Shown here in pieces: positions 49,051 through 61,334 of a DNA stretch of 64,000 nt. Each line of letters starts with the position of its first letter. Position 1 is the stretch's first letter. The notes under the pieces are model-generated. The model ran no database searches. It was not told the origin of the DNA and saw only the letters and a list, made by a program, of their open reading frames with translations. The translations under genes were made by a program, and so were the position numbers. The DNA lies in assembly GCA_965112155.1 (NCBI GenBank), contig OZ218110.1. One strand, 5' to 3'. This stretch comes from Podarcis liolepis. Lineage: Eukaryota.

Positions 49051-49839
49051 TAGTGTTTTATCTTGTTGGACAGTACATTTGTCATTGAAAGCTTGGCTCA
49101 CACTGCTGGTGAATATTTCACTGTGTCTTTCATTTCAAAAACTAGTTGAACTAGGGGATAGTTGAATGCTAGTGAGGGCAAGTAAATACATCTACTCCAT
49201 GAGCCACAATATATAAAGGGAAGCTGTCCTGTGCTGCTCTTTCACTGTTCCCATCCATTTCAATGGGGCTAGTGCTGGAGAACTCCATTTCAATGGGGCT
49301 TGTGCTCCATGTCAATGTGTGCTGAGTAGGGGTACCAACTGAGTTTTCCATGCAGGCATCCAACTGACTCTACCCAGTCCTGCCTGCACCCAATCTCATA
49401 TTAATAATCATCACCTCTGACAAATGCTGCTCAAAAGGCTCAAACTCTCGAAGGTGAAAACGTTCAGAACGAATGCAAAGAACGCTTCTCTTCTGGAACT
49501 TCATAATGTTTTGCCAGTACACTTCCACACTTCCCTGTTCCTACCGCTGTGTATATTGCAACCTGTAACAATCTTGAAATTTTCTGAGAAGAAGTTTCAG
49601 CTGTGACATGCGGGCGATGGATTCAGGCAATAGTCATCTAAAAGCTTGCTATGTGGGCCCGACTGAATTTACTCATTTAGTTTGTAAGCCTTGAGGGAAG
49701 GGGCTTTGTCTCATCTTTTTGGTAGATATGAGCTGCTTTTGAAGAAGATCTCTTTGAAAAATGGTATAAAAATATACCAACAAATAAAAATAAATACACA
49801 TACAGAAGCCCGAGGTGGTTAAGTCCTGGAATATAAAGA

Positions 49840-49990
49840 TGTAGGAAATAGGAAGCTGCCTTACACTAAAACATCCTTTCCAGGGTTTTAGACAGAGGAC
49901 TCTTTCAGCCCTACTCAGAGATGCTGTAGGTTAAACCGGGGACCTTCTGAATGCAAAAACCATGCTCTGCCACTAAGTTGCAAGCCTTCT
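49840..49990 (-). mobile_element. Squam2-like SINE with internal deletion
   Basis: 'aggaaataggaagctgcctta...tccagggttttagacag...ggggaccttctgaatgcaaa...tgctctgccactaag'. Confidence 0.65.
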
Positions 49991-52900
49991 GCCTTTTTTC
50001 AAATATTTCAGCACATTAAAAACAATGGCACAAGTAGAAAACTAGCATATCGGAGACATTGTTTGGAGGTATTTTGTAGTTTTTGTTTTACATAGGGGAG
50101 CATTCAAATTCCCCCCCCCCATGAAGTCTGAAATGGTACAGTCCATTCTTTCAGTTCAGATCTCAACAATCTTCATTCTGTTGCATCTACAGCTCCAGCT
50201 ATGGAGAAATCACCATGCACTGCTATCACCATAATCCAGTCAAGGTGTGAGAAATCTGGAAAACCGAGCTGGGATAATGCTGGGCTTTTAACAGCAAGGT
50301 TGGAGGTGACCGTCTTCCTTCTCACAATGTTGTTAAAGTCACCACGGAGTAGGATTCTAAGTTATTTCTGTGTTTGTTCCTAAATATCTGAATGTCAACA
50401 TGATTACCTGAATACCTCAATATCAACATGGCAAGATGCAATCTGAATTATCAATGAATGCAGAGACCATACCAAACTCGTACGGAACTCAGCTTGTGGT
50501 AGCCACTATATAGAAAACAGTGTGAATTGATATTTACTCTGTAGTAAGTTGGCGGGGGGAACTTGGGCTCTCCCACCAAGACAAGTAGTAATAAAGGTAT
50601 CAGAGCTGGTAGGAGGGGAGGAGAAGGAAGAGCCATGGCTCCATATCCTTCAATATTTTCTATTTTATATGCTTGTATCAGCCTGATTTTCATACCAATG
50701 GTTATTGCCCATGTTCTCCTTTCCCTGCTTATTATTACACATTAATGCTCTTTTCTGCCATTGTTACGCTGCATTCAATTACTCTGCAATAGTCTGCTGT
50801 CCACCATTTCAAAAGCCAGCATGATGCCTGTTTAGGTTAAGAAGGCTGAGAAGCAAAAAGGTGCTTCCAGATTGGCAGCCTCTATCACTACCCAATCACT
50901 GCTTTTTCACTGTAGAATTGCAGTGGACTTTCCACACTTGTGGGGTGAGAGTAGCCCTTTTGTGTGCATACATCACACTATCTTCCATCCACACTAGTGG
51001 ATAACAACTGGGGCAGAAAAGAAGCCATTCATATGAGTATGTAATTTCATTAATAATTTCCCCCCTATTGTTTCTAATTTGCTTTAAAGGACTTTGAAAT
51101 AAAATTTAAAAATCAATAACTTGTTTAAAATACTTGAAAGTGTTTAGGCTAAATTGTAAGAATGGGGGAACAGAGACCACATTGGTAAAATAACAGCAAC
51201 TGAAAAGACCAGGATAGATAGTGTGACGATTTTCCACAGCAAAATTTTAATTGTGCTAAACCCCCCTTTTTATTTAAGTGCTATTGTACAAATATTTCAG
51301 CATTTGGTTATTTATTTATATGTAGGCAAAAAGGCATTTTATTGCAATTTAAGAGCTCAGTTAAAGAAACCAAACACATGCTGATAAAATGGTGCTGCCA
51401 GAAAAGATAATAGATAAATTGTACGGAAATTGATGTGTGGCAGTAGGCTCTCCCACTCAGCATGTCACTGCCCACGTTAAAACAGCACCTCTTAAAAAGA
51501 TGGAAGAGTAAGAGCTAAGGCGATCTACACCTGGAGACTGCGTTACTGTTGCATTCTTTTTCTTTTCAAGTCAAATTTTCTGCAATCTGCAGAAAGAAGC
51601 AGCATGACGAAAACAGAAGAGAACAACAACTGGATGCTGACATTATACTGACACCCCGTACAAAGTGAGTGAACGGAGCATAGCTATTCCATAGCAAGTA
51701 GCTAGTGTGGAAGCACCCTGAAAAAACAGAATTGCCCTACGACAGGTTATCAGTAGCTCAACCCTCACAGCAGCTGCTGCGGCGAGTGTGGCATAGCAAG
51801 ATGTGCACTGCACAGCGGCTTCACATTCATGCATGTGCACCAGAGGCAAAGATGTGTACGCTCCACCCCCATACCTTCAGAGATTTAATTCCAGAGAAAT
51901 GGGTGAGAAGCTGAATTGTGAAGAAGGACAACTCTACCAACTCATAATAACACAATTCAACAAAGCATCCCCCAAGGACAAAAAAAGAACGACAAAAATA
52001 GTGGCAATGATGTAACAGGGGACAGGAACCACATGTGTTCTTACATTTGAGATTCCCCATTACGGAAATAGTTGCTCATCATGCCCCTGTTTTTAGCACA
52101 AGTTCTTGAACAGTAGGGGGGCATCTTTATATCTTAGTGAGCCCTTGACTTTTCCCAGGTGTTGTTGAGTATCCTGCAGAAGAACACAAGAGTGGTGAGG
52201 TCCACTGCCCTGACAGTTTGCAACCCCAGCCCAGGGCAAAGCCATCTATCCCATCTCCAACACCCTAGAGAAGGCACCAATGTCAAAATCTGAGTATCTC
52301 CCTCACTGAACCTTTCTGGTGAGCCTCATACAGATTTCTCCATATTGCGCTAGTGACTTCTACCACAAGTATTCCTCTACAGACGTTATGTTGGACATGA
52401 CCTGAACCTTCCAGGCCAAAATGTAGGTGGGGTGGGTTTGGTTTTTTCTGGCAACAGGAAGTTTGAGCAGAGACACCTGCACTTGGGTACAGAAAGAAAC
52501 AGCTCTAAGAAGCCTGCTTTTCTCTCACTCAGCTACAAATAGAGCCTTAGAGAAATCCAGATGGTCCTAATTTTGGGGAGCAGGTGCAGTGACTCAGTGC
52601 TTTTGATCCCTGAGGCTCAGACATGTGGGATGCTTCCACTGGTGCTTGTCCCCACCAGTCCACACTGATGGGGACCACAGGGACAGTGCCATTCACATGG
52701 CTGGTTCACCATGATGAGTGCAGGGGAAGGTGCGTCTCTGGGAGGACGTTATTTGCCTTTCTCTAGGGCACCTCCTGCCTGTTCAGCTGTGCATGAGATC
52801 CTGTCATTTGGAGGTACCCTGAGATGCTATTTTCTTACGCTTAGGTGTGTGACAAAACTTTCCACAGCAAGAAGGGGTAGCATTACCCCATTTCCCAGGA

Positions 52901-55900
52901 TTCTGTAGGTCAAATGAAGGAAAGAGGAATTCCCCACAGCTTCTCCCTTGTGAAAATCAAGATGCTTCTGCTGCACAAGGGAGAACTGAAGGAGAATTTG
53001 GGAAGTGGAGGGAGGAAACAGAGCAAGGGAAAAAGAAAAGAAAAGCATCACCTTTTCTTTTTGACAGCTATGGTTTAAATGTTTACTTTCTGTATCAGCT
53101 CAGCTGCACCTTCGAAACTGCCGTTTCATAAATACAACCGGGACGGCATAAGCTATAATTTGGAGATAGCAACCGCAGGACATATCTAGATCCGTTTGCG
53201 CTACTTTAATTAAATACTGCATTATGGCTTGTGACAACTTCATCGCTAAAGCGTAAATGAATGTGGAATTAAAGTGTTACTTAGGCTTTCAATATCATCA
53301 TCTTTTGGGGTCTTTTTTTGTTTTGTTTTGTCTGCTCACGTCTTTCTTTCTTTTTCTTTTTGCTCCTCACCCTCCATTTCTCAGTTTAACAAAGAAAAGA
53401 GCCATAAAATCAAGATGCTTGTTCATTTACAGATGGAGCAGGCGTGGAAAAAGAAAAAGAAAAAAGAAAAGGCAAAGAAAGGAAGAAAAGAAAAAGATGG
53501 GCCACGTTACACAAGTCTATAGCACTCCCTCTTCTGAGGTTTCTCTGATAGCAGAAAGAATTCCTTTGATGGGAAATGCTTGAATATTAATTGTGTGTGT
53601 GACTCTTATCTTTCAAACCCGGCTCCTTATGAATGATAGTTCTCATGGCTGTGGGATTTTGCCTCTTTTGTGTTGCATTTAATAGCCTGCTTTTAATTTA
53701 ATTTAAATTTTTTATAAAAAAAACAAAACTGTTGATTCGTTGCTACTCTGGTACAATAGCAGGCTCTGGAAGTTCGTACCATTTCATTTTTGATCTCCAC
53801 AAATGAAGCAAGAGCAGTTTCCCCAGTCTCTGCTGCCCCTTCCAGCCCCCCCCCCCCACATCGGTAAACTTGAAAGGAGTTATGGGGCTAAAGCAAACTT
53901 ATTTTATTCCCAGAAATGTAAGCCCCGATCCCATCAATCTATCTGCTTCTCCTCTAATGAAAAGCCAGACCGTATGTGACATTTCGTGGCACCAACCACT
54001 TTAAATGTTACCAACATCAATCGGGTTTTTAAATGTTACTCACGTCTCGCACGGATTGGGAAATGGTTTTATAATTATCTCCTGCTCTCTAAACGAACTG
54101 AGAGATTTCCACTGTTGTTCTTTCTTTCTTTTTTTAAATTCTTTATCACAGCCAAATTAAATGACAATGCATATTTATATTCCAAAGCTCCAGGAGATAA
54201 AAAATAAAAATAAAAATTTTAAAGCCTAACAAGTTTTGTGCGAATGTGTAGTTGCCTTCTCACCAAGCTCTGGCACAGTAAAGGAAGTTCTAAAGAATTT
54301 GATGGGTTCTTTTTTTCTTTTCTTTTTTACGGACAATAATTGGATTTACAAAAATTCCTTTTCTCCAAATCATTGCAAAGTCGGAAGGAAGGAAGAAGTT
54401 GTGATGTTGTTTGAGCTGAATATTGTGCTGACAAAACCTTTTGCAGTTCCTATTTTTGAACTCTGCAACCTAAACAGAAATGTTTGCCTCCTTTCATCTT
54501 CCTAAGAAATAACCAGCATCCTTCAATAATTAGTAATGTTAAGAGGAAAAGCTTTCCTCTGCCAATTTTAAATAGGGTGCCACATTGAAGCATCGCCCCC
54601 TTTCTCCCCATCACCAACGTGGGCAGATTAGCAAAGTGTTTAGAACTAAATCTTTGTCTAATAAAGGCAGAGTTGGTTTTCACCAAGAGCTGCTTGTTAT
54701 AAACCTGCCTTTGGAAAATGGAAGGAACGTCGCATTTAAAGACACAAATTTCCCCGATAATATATTCGAATGGAAACGCACCGAATCCACTACGACACGG
54801 GCATAACTAATAAATTTGCAATATTTCAGCCTCAACAGCCTACAACGGTTCGTTTTAAAGATTTATGTGGTAAAAAATTACTCGGCGATGAATGGAGTTT
54901 ATTCTGTGCCGGATTGGAAGGTATAAGGAATTAAACTACTGTCTTTAGCAGTGTATTTATTATTACCTCTGTCAAAGAACGAAGACTTTAACAGCATCCA
55001 TGATAAATTTCAGCACAGAATAAACGGGGTGAGGGAACGGCACACATGCAAACACGAGCACATATATATTATATAAAAATATTACACACAACACTCCGGA
55101 AAATCCTGCACATGTCTGCCTAGTTCTTTTTGCGTACTGGATCATTTGCGTTTCCAGACCAAAAGAAAAATAAAATTTGGAACTCGTATAAGGGCCGTTT
55201 ATTATATCATATAAGGGACTGTAATATTCTGGAATACATGATGTCTCTTTAAATCAAATTATGCTTCTAAAAATAACAAGCAGCTCAACGCCCAGAAAAC
55301 ATTCCTATGTGGAAATGTCCACGTGGAAGATAGAGAGGAATGCAAGCTAGCCTTAATGATACCTGTCAAGATAATGGGCACAGTCTTATCCAGGTGAGAT
55401 CAGCTATGGAATGACAATTCTATTTTTCCACTCTGAAGACAAGAGCAAAACTTGAACAGATGTCGCACAGGTTACTTTGCTGAATTCGAATCCTAAATTC
55501 CAGCTCAGCTTTCCCATTTAGGAAGATGAAAACAGGATTGGATCAAGATAGAAAATCCAAATGTCACTTCTTTCCCAACAATTAACCCGGTAAATAATCC
55601 ACTAGGAAGATTCCCTATGCAAGCATCGCTGAAGTGAAGGACTGTGAAGCACAGCTCCTATGCATTTTAGCGGGGCTTGAGCAGCAGAACTTCCCAGTAG
55701 GTCAGATCTGTCCATCGCCAACTCTGCCACTCTTAATGGCAACCCAAACCTGCTACCTGGCTGCCTCATGATTCGGCCATATTCCAAGATAATTGAATGC
55801 AGATTAAATTTAGCAGCATTCAAGTCACAAACAGGGTCCTGAGGGTGGATTCCCTACCCTCCAGCCATTCAATGACTGCTTATGGGTATAGTGGGGATTC

Positions 55901-55978
55901 CAAACTGCATTAGTTGTTGAGTTACAGAACCAGGTGGTGGTAGTTCTTCCACACTGATTAACACAGAGTATAAAAGCG

Positions 55979-55981
<3 letters not shown>

Positions 55982-56015
<34 letters not shown>
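55982..56015. repeat. (TG)n microsatellite
   Basis: Direct reading. Confidence 0.95.
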
Positions 56016-56017
<2 letters not shown>

Positions 56018-57104
56018 CTGAACCTCCTTTGCTCACACTATGAATGCCTGTCAGTTGTACACTCCAAAGCAGTTGAGAATGAGAGATGTTAACATTACCT
56101 ATGGATTAAAGAGCAGAAGCTCTGTGTGACTTGACACCTTTTAAACAACCTGACATATTCACAGTCAAGGGAGTAACAGTGATTTAAAAAAAGGATTTTC
56201 CACCCATCGTTTCCTTCAGTATACACTTATGGGTGACAGGGGAGATCACAGTTCACATCAAAAGGAGTGTGTGGGTATGATGTAAGCAACAGAGACTGTT
56301 TTCGCAGACAGTGGGACAGCCTGAGAATTTGGAAAGGGGAAATGATGGGCAATTGCAAGTTCCGAAAGGAGTTCACGTATTTTAGAAGAGTACCCAACTC
56401 GCCATCACCCAACCTGCCATAGGCAAGGTAGCATTTAGGATGGGAGGGAGAAGAGTGAAAAACACCTGGCATTTATATGATTATAACCAGATTAATTTTA
56501 GAATGGCACAGCTATTGGGCAGCGATAGATTATTCGAGGGGTAGAATCACATGATTCCAGCTCCAGCTCCCACCCTACCCTGCCCTGTAACCTTTCTGTC
56601 TTTTTACAGAACGATGTATAGAAAATTACATGGGAGGAATAAATTGTCCTGGGGTTTGTTTCTGGATGGCTGCTTCTTGTCTGAGGGTGGAGATGGAGGG
56701 GGGTTGTGTTAGGGGAAGCTTTTCGAAGTGGGGATATGAGGTGGGGAAATAGCCTTAAGCCTGAATTTGACCGGTGCATGACCGTTGCCTTCTGGCTGAC
56801 CTCGGATTCTATTCCCAGGCCTTTTCCGATTCTATAGTCTCCTGTCCCCGTGGGGGTTATTAATGGAAGCAAAAATAACCCCCTCCCAGCCACGACTACG
56901 TCTTTCGTCATTGCAATGCAGCTTGTTAAGAATGGCAAGATGCTGGGGGGGAGGGGATGATATGTGGGTTTAAGTGCTACTTGCGAAAATGGTCTTAGTT
57001 GAAATCAAGGTTCATCACAGCGTCATCTGACTGTTCTTACCCCCCCCCCCCATCTTCCAGATCTAACGCCATACTTCTCCCCACCTTGCACTCCCTCAGA
57101 AAGA

Positions 57105-57118
57105 CCACTAGATGTCAC
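57105..57118 (+). promoter_or_regulatory. CTCF-like motif CCACTAGATGTCAC
   Basis: Matches the CCASYAGRKGGCRC core with one substitution; upstream 'ttgcactccc' resembles the CTCF upstream module. Confidence 0.5.
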
Positions 57119-57875
57119 CAGCCTCCTCCTTTCACTCAAGGGTCTGCGGGAATAAAATGACGCTTAAAGCAACAGAGAGAATTAGCAATGCTGGAATTTA
57201 TTTATTTATTTGGTTGCTTGTCATTCACAATGAAAAGGAAATCCTGGTGTATTAAAATCATCATCCAGCTATAGAATGTATATAAGCTACGCTAAGTTGG
57301 GGGCGGGGAGAGAAAAGATGCTCTGTAGTGACTGAACAGTGGGTTTTTTGTAATATTATTCTAGAAACAAATAGTTGAGGAAAGAAGCAAAAGCATAACA
57401 GTGCTCTGGCTGACTGATCTGATCCCAATGAATATTGCTGGACCTGCAGAGAATTGCGCACATATTGCTGCACTCACTGAGAATGAATTTCCAAGATAGA
57501 ATTTTTGGGATTCAGAGAAATCCTGGAGGAATTTGTAGTTCTGTGTAGCCTTGCAGTCTGTCTCCCATGAAACAACATTTGGAGAAAATATAGATTGTGT
57601 TTGCTGAATCAGGATGCTTATGGAAGCTGCTGACTGCATTCTTAAAGTGTTAGGTGGGTTGAGGTAAAGATCCTAGGACTTAAAAAATGAGTGGCATTTG
57701 GAGCCATAGAGTCTCAATCAATGGCCATTCAGTGTGCTCTTAACTGAATCATAGGAAGTGAAGAGAGCTGAAGATCAAGGCCATCTGCTTGCCAAAAAGC
57801 AACATTTCCCATACTTTAGTCCCTATTCCTGCCACAAGTCACCCAACAAAACACATTATTATTATTACTACCTGT

Positions 57876-57915
57876 AATAGTAGTAGTACTAGTACTAGTA
57901 GTAGTAGTAGTAGTA
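57876..57915. repeat. (TAG)n-like microsatellite
   Basis: Direct reading. Confidence 0.85.
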
Positions 57916-59558
57916 TACAACTGTTCATCCATAGATCACAGGGTGGTTCACATCATGCCAGAATTAAAGCAAATGAACAATTAGCCTGCCACACCAAAAA
58001 GCATATGCAGATCAGAAAGCTCTGGATGACTCAAGCGAGCGAACCAAGCACACAACATAGACAGTTCAAAATATAGCCTCTAAAGTCATCGGCTAATCTG
58101 AACTGGGGATAAAAAATTCCTCCCTGGTTGCTAATATGATAATCACACAATTCTGAGCATGGGCAAATCTCATAACAGAAATCTATTCCATACATTACAT
58201 GGCACAAACCAAACTATGTGACTAAGTGTACACTTGGCAAGGGACTACAGACTATTCTGGCTCTCTGAAGAGCACACTTTCATCTTGTATATGCTTCCAA
58301 ACATTTATCTGCTTCGCACGTAACATTTTAGTTGTATTTTAAAAAACAACAACAGGTGTGTATACATGCTTGGAACATGTCAGCCGGTGTCCCCTTCCCT
58401 TCCCCTGCCACATCTCTGGTCTAAAGTATCCGCTGTTTAAAAATGTTGTTGGGGTTTGACTGTACTCATTTTCATGGAATATTTAGTTAGCCTCTTATTT
58501 GTGAGGCTCCTCAGATGACTTCAGACAAGCCATTGTTGTCTGGCCCACAACTTTCATATGGATAATGCTGGTGATGGTTGGGTAGATGGGTTCTTCGTCT
58601 CATTCAGAATCCTTGTTATGAGGCTCTGATATCTAACCCACACCAAAGCACTGTTCGCAAACATACACATGGTTCTATGGAAACGAACACATAAAAGTAA
58701 CATATCCACCAATTCTTCCATAGGAGTGTGGGAGTCTTGCAGAATGCAAGCCCTCTGGGGGCAGAGACAACGTCACACTGGTGCTCTGTACAGCACCATT
58801 TAGCTGGTGCTAAATGTTAAGGGGAAGTTCTTTTTTAAAAAAATAGGGACATCTGGCAACACTAGTGCCAAGCCGGACCGCTAACACTAGTAAGGTTTGC
58901 TACAAGCCCTGAGTGTCGTTTAAAAGCACCTGAGGCTGCAAGTCGGCTAAGGTTGCTGAGCGTAACCACTGGCTGCTCTGTTAATGGTGCTAGTGAGGAG
59001 CTCCAGAACAGCTTTATCAGTTGTGCCAGAGGTGCGTTTCTACCTCAAATTCTCCAGCTTTGCCGTGTTCAAGAAGATTGCCTAGTAAAAAAGATGAACC
59101 AGTTTTTTTTTATATAAAAAAAAGGCTTGAAGCTTACAAAGCACATGACATCCTGTCACAGACCTCATGGCGCCAGTCAAACACCTGCAGGCTACACCTA
59201 TCCTGCGGCTGGCAATGTAAGCCAGGGATCCTGGAGGCTGTGCCAGGCAGTAGTGCCAGAAGTTGAAAGATCAAGGCTGGAATTTTTGAGACATGCTGGT
59301 TATGCACAAATGAGAAACCCACCTTTTCATCTCACACAGACAAGAGGGGTGAGTTAGCAGATGTTAGAAGATTTAATAGACAATGTTTTTATCTAGTGTA
59401 GACAGGGAAAGCAAGCACAATGGTAGGCTTACCTATGTCTGGCCAGGGGTATTGTTAGGAGGTAGCCCATGTGGACCCTGTGTCTTTCATGCCAAGACCA
59501 CCCCCACCCCTTTAAAAAACCTTAGTTTTTAAAACTTTGCTTAGCTGGAGTCTTAATA

Positions 59559-59813
59559 GAGAGCCAGTGTGGTGTAGTGGTTAAGAGTGGTAGTCTTGTA
59601 ATCTTGGGAACTGGGTTCGCATCTCCGCTCCTCCACATGCAGCTGCTGGGTGACCTTGGGCCAGTCACACTTCTCTGAAGTCTCTCAGCCCCACTCACCT
59701 CACAGAGTGTTTGTTGTGGGGGAGGAAGGGAAAGGAGAATGTTAGCCGCTTTGAGACTCCTTAAAGGGAGTGAAAGGTGAGATATCAAATCCAAACTCTT
59801 CTTTTTTTTTTTT
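59559..59813 (+). mobile_element. Full-length tRNA-derived SINE with L2-like tail (Squam3-like)
   Basis: A box 'tggtgtagtggttaag', B box 'gggttcgcatctcc', 3' 'gttagccgctttgagactcc...gaaaggtgagatatcaaatccaaactcttctt'; short ttaata duplication. Confidence 0.85.
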
Positions 59814-60400
59814 AATATGGTCAGAGCCTTTGCTTACAGGGTGGGTGGGGATGATGCAAAATGCAGGGCAGGTGAGACCTCAGCTACATATCTACCTTCT
59901 TAATTTGCCCAGGGGCACTCTATGCATTTATGCTCTGAACCCTTTAATAACCTAGCAATGCCTGTGTGGGGGGCAGAATAAAACAGGTGAGAAATTTGGT
60001 CGCGGGTGCTGAATTCAGCATCCTGGAAATTCCCGTTTTCATTTATTTGTTTTTAATGATTCAGGTTTCTAGCAAAGACTCACTTGAAAGTTATGTGGAA
60101 ATTCTGCCCCTTCCTTTAAATGTAAAAAAAAAAAGTATTAAAAAAACTTTGCTTACGGAGCAGCTTTCCCTCTGAAAGTTAGCCTATAATCTGCATCTGT
60201 AAATTTGTGTATGCAATTTTTATACAAATTTGTGCTGTGGGTCTGTGCCTAAGTCTTTTAGTGACCCACCAATGTACCAGGACAGAGGCTTTCCCCAGTC
60301 CAACAATGCCAGAAACTGAAGCTGGGTCTCTAGAGGTGCAAAATGTGTGCTCCAATTCATGTTCATGGCCATTTGTCCTTGGAGTTCCCTTCCCTACAGT

Positions 60401-60608
60401 CACTGGCGGAGGAAGAGGCGTGCAGGGGAGTGCACCTCCACTGGCAGCACGATCCCGGCGGGGTGCCATTGCGACTGCCCCCCCGCCTGCGCTGTCCCCC
60501 GCCTGCCCCACACTCCTATGGGTGGCACACCACGCCTCGGGACGCGTGCCAGTTCTGCCCCTGCCTGCTCTCCGCCCCCCGGTGCCAGAGCATGAAGCTC
60601 CGCCACTG
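60401..60608. mobile_element. GC-rich hAT-type MITE, 208 bp
   Basis: TIR CACTGGCGGAG / CTCCGCCACTG; perfect 8-bp TSD cctacagt. Confidence 0.9.
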
Positions 60609-60701
60609 CCTACAGTATGTAATTTTGCCTTGTTCCACCTTTTTAAAGGCCAAAGCCTCCTAAAATCTAACTAAAGAACTGAAATATAACAAGTATTAAA
60701 A

Positions 60702-60846
60702 CTGAGCTTAATTGGTTAGAGCGTGGTGCTAATAACACCAAGGTTGCAGGTGTGATCCCAATACAGGACAGCTGCAGATTGCAGGGGGTTGGAATAGATG
60801 ACTCTCTGGGTCCCTAGTCTCCCAACTCTACAGTTCTATGATTCTA
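60702..60846 (+). mobile_element. tRNA(Ile-like)-headed SINE with CR1 3' tail
   Basis: 'ttggttagagcgtggtgctaataacaccaaggttgcagg' head and 'cccaactctacagttctatgattcta' tail. Confidence 0.7.
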
Positions 60847-61086
60847 GCCTGATGGGTCTCTAACAGCCAGCCCAAATGGAAAGGTCATATATGCATATAT
60901 TTATCTATACTGCTTTTGGGAATGTGCTCATTCCCTAGTGGAAGGAGTTTCAAAGTATCGTGAAAAGAATGATCATTTTTAGCAGGACATTATAAGGCTC
61001 CTTGGTTGTTGCCAGACCAAAAGTGAAAGAGAAATCAAATGGGTTTCTATCTAACCTGATGTTCTGATGATAGTTAGATTTTAGTA

Positions 61087-61334
61087 CAGTAGTACCTCTG
61101 GTTGCGAACGGGATCCGTTCTGGAGGCCTGTTCGCAACATGAAAAGAGTGCAACCCACAGCGGCGCGTCTGCGCATGCACAGGTTGCGATTCGCCACTTC
61201 TGCACATGCGAGTGACGTCTGCGCATGCGCGGGCGACGAAATCCGGAAGCAACCCTTTCCAGTACTTCCGGGTCGCCGTGGGACGTAACCTGAAAGAACG
61301 TAACATGAAGCGGACGTAACCAGAGGTACCACTG
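61087..61334. mobile_element. Tc1/mariner MITE, CpG-rich (young), 248 bp
   Basis: TA TSD, TIR CAGTAGTACCTCTGGTT / AACCAGAGGTACCACTG. Confidence 0.92.

Noticed and set aside
53257-53583. Lys/Arg-rich 108-aa ORF
   Set aside because: A translation of low-complexity purine/pyrimidine tracts
55470-55540. '..SK|gt' donor as the preceding SKAP1 exon
   Set aside because: The upstream translation does not resemble an SH3 domain
60179-60674. Cluster of overlapping GC-rich ORFs
   Set aside because: Explained by the GC-rich hAT MITE at 60401-60608
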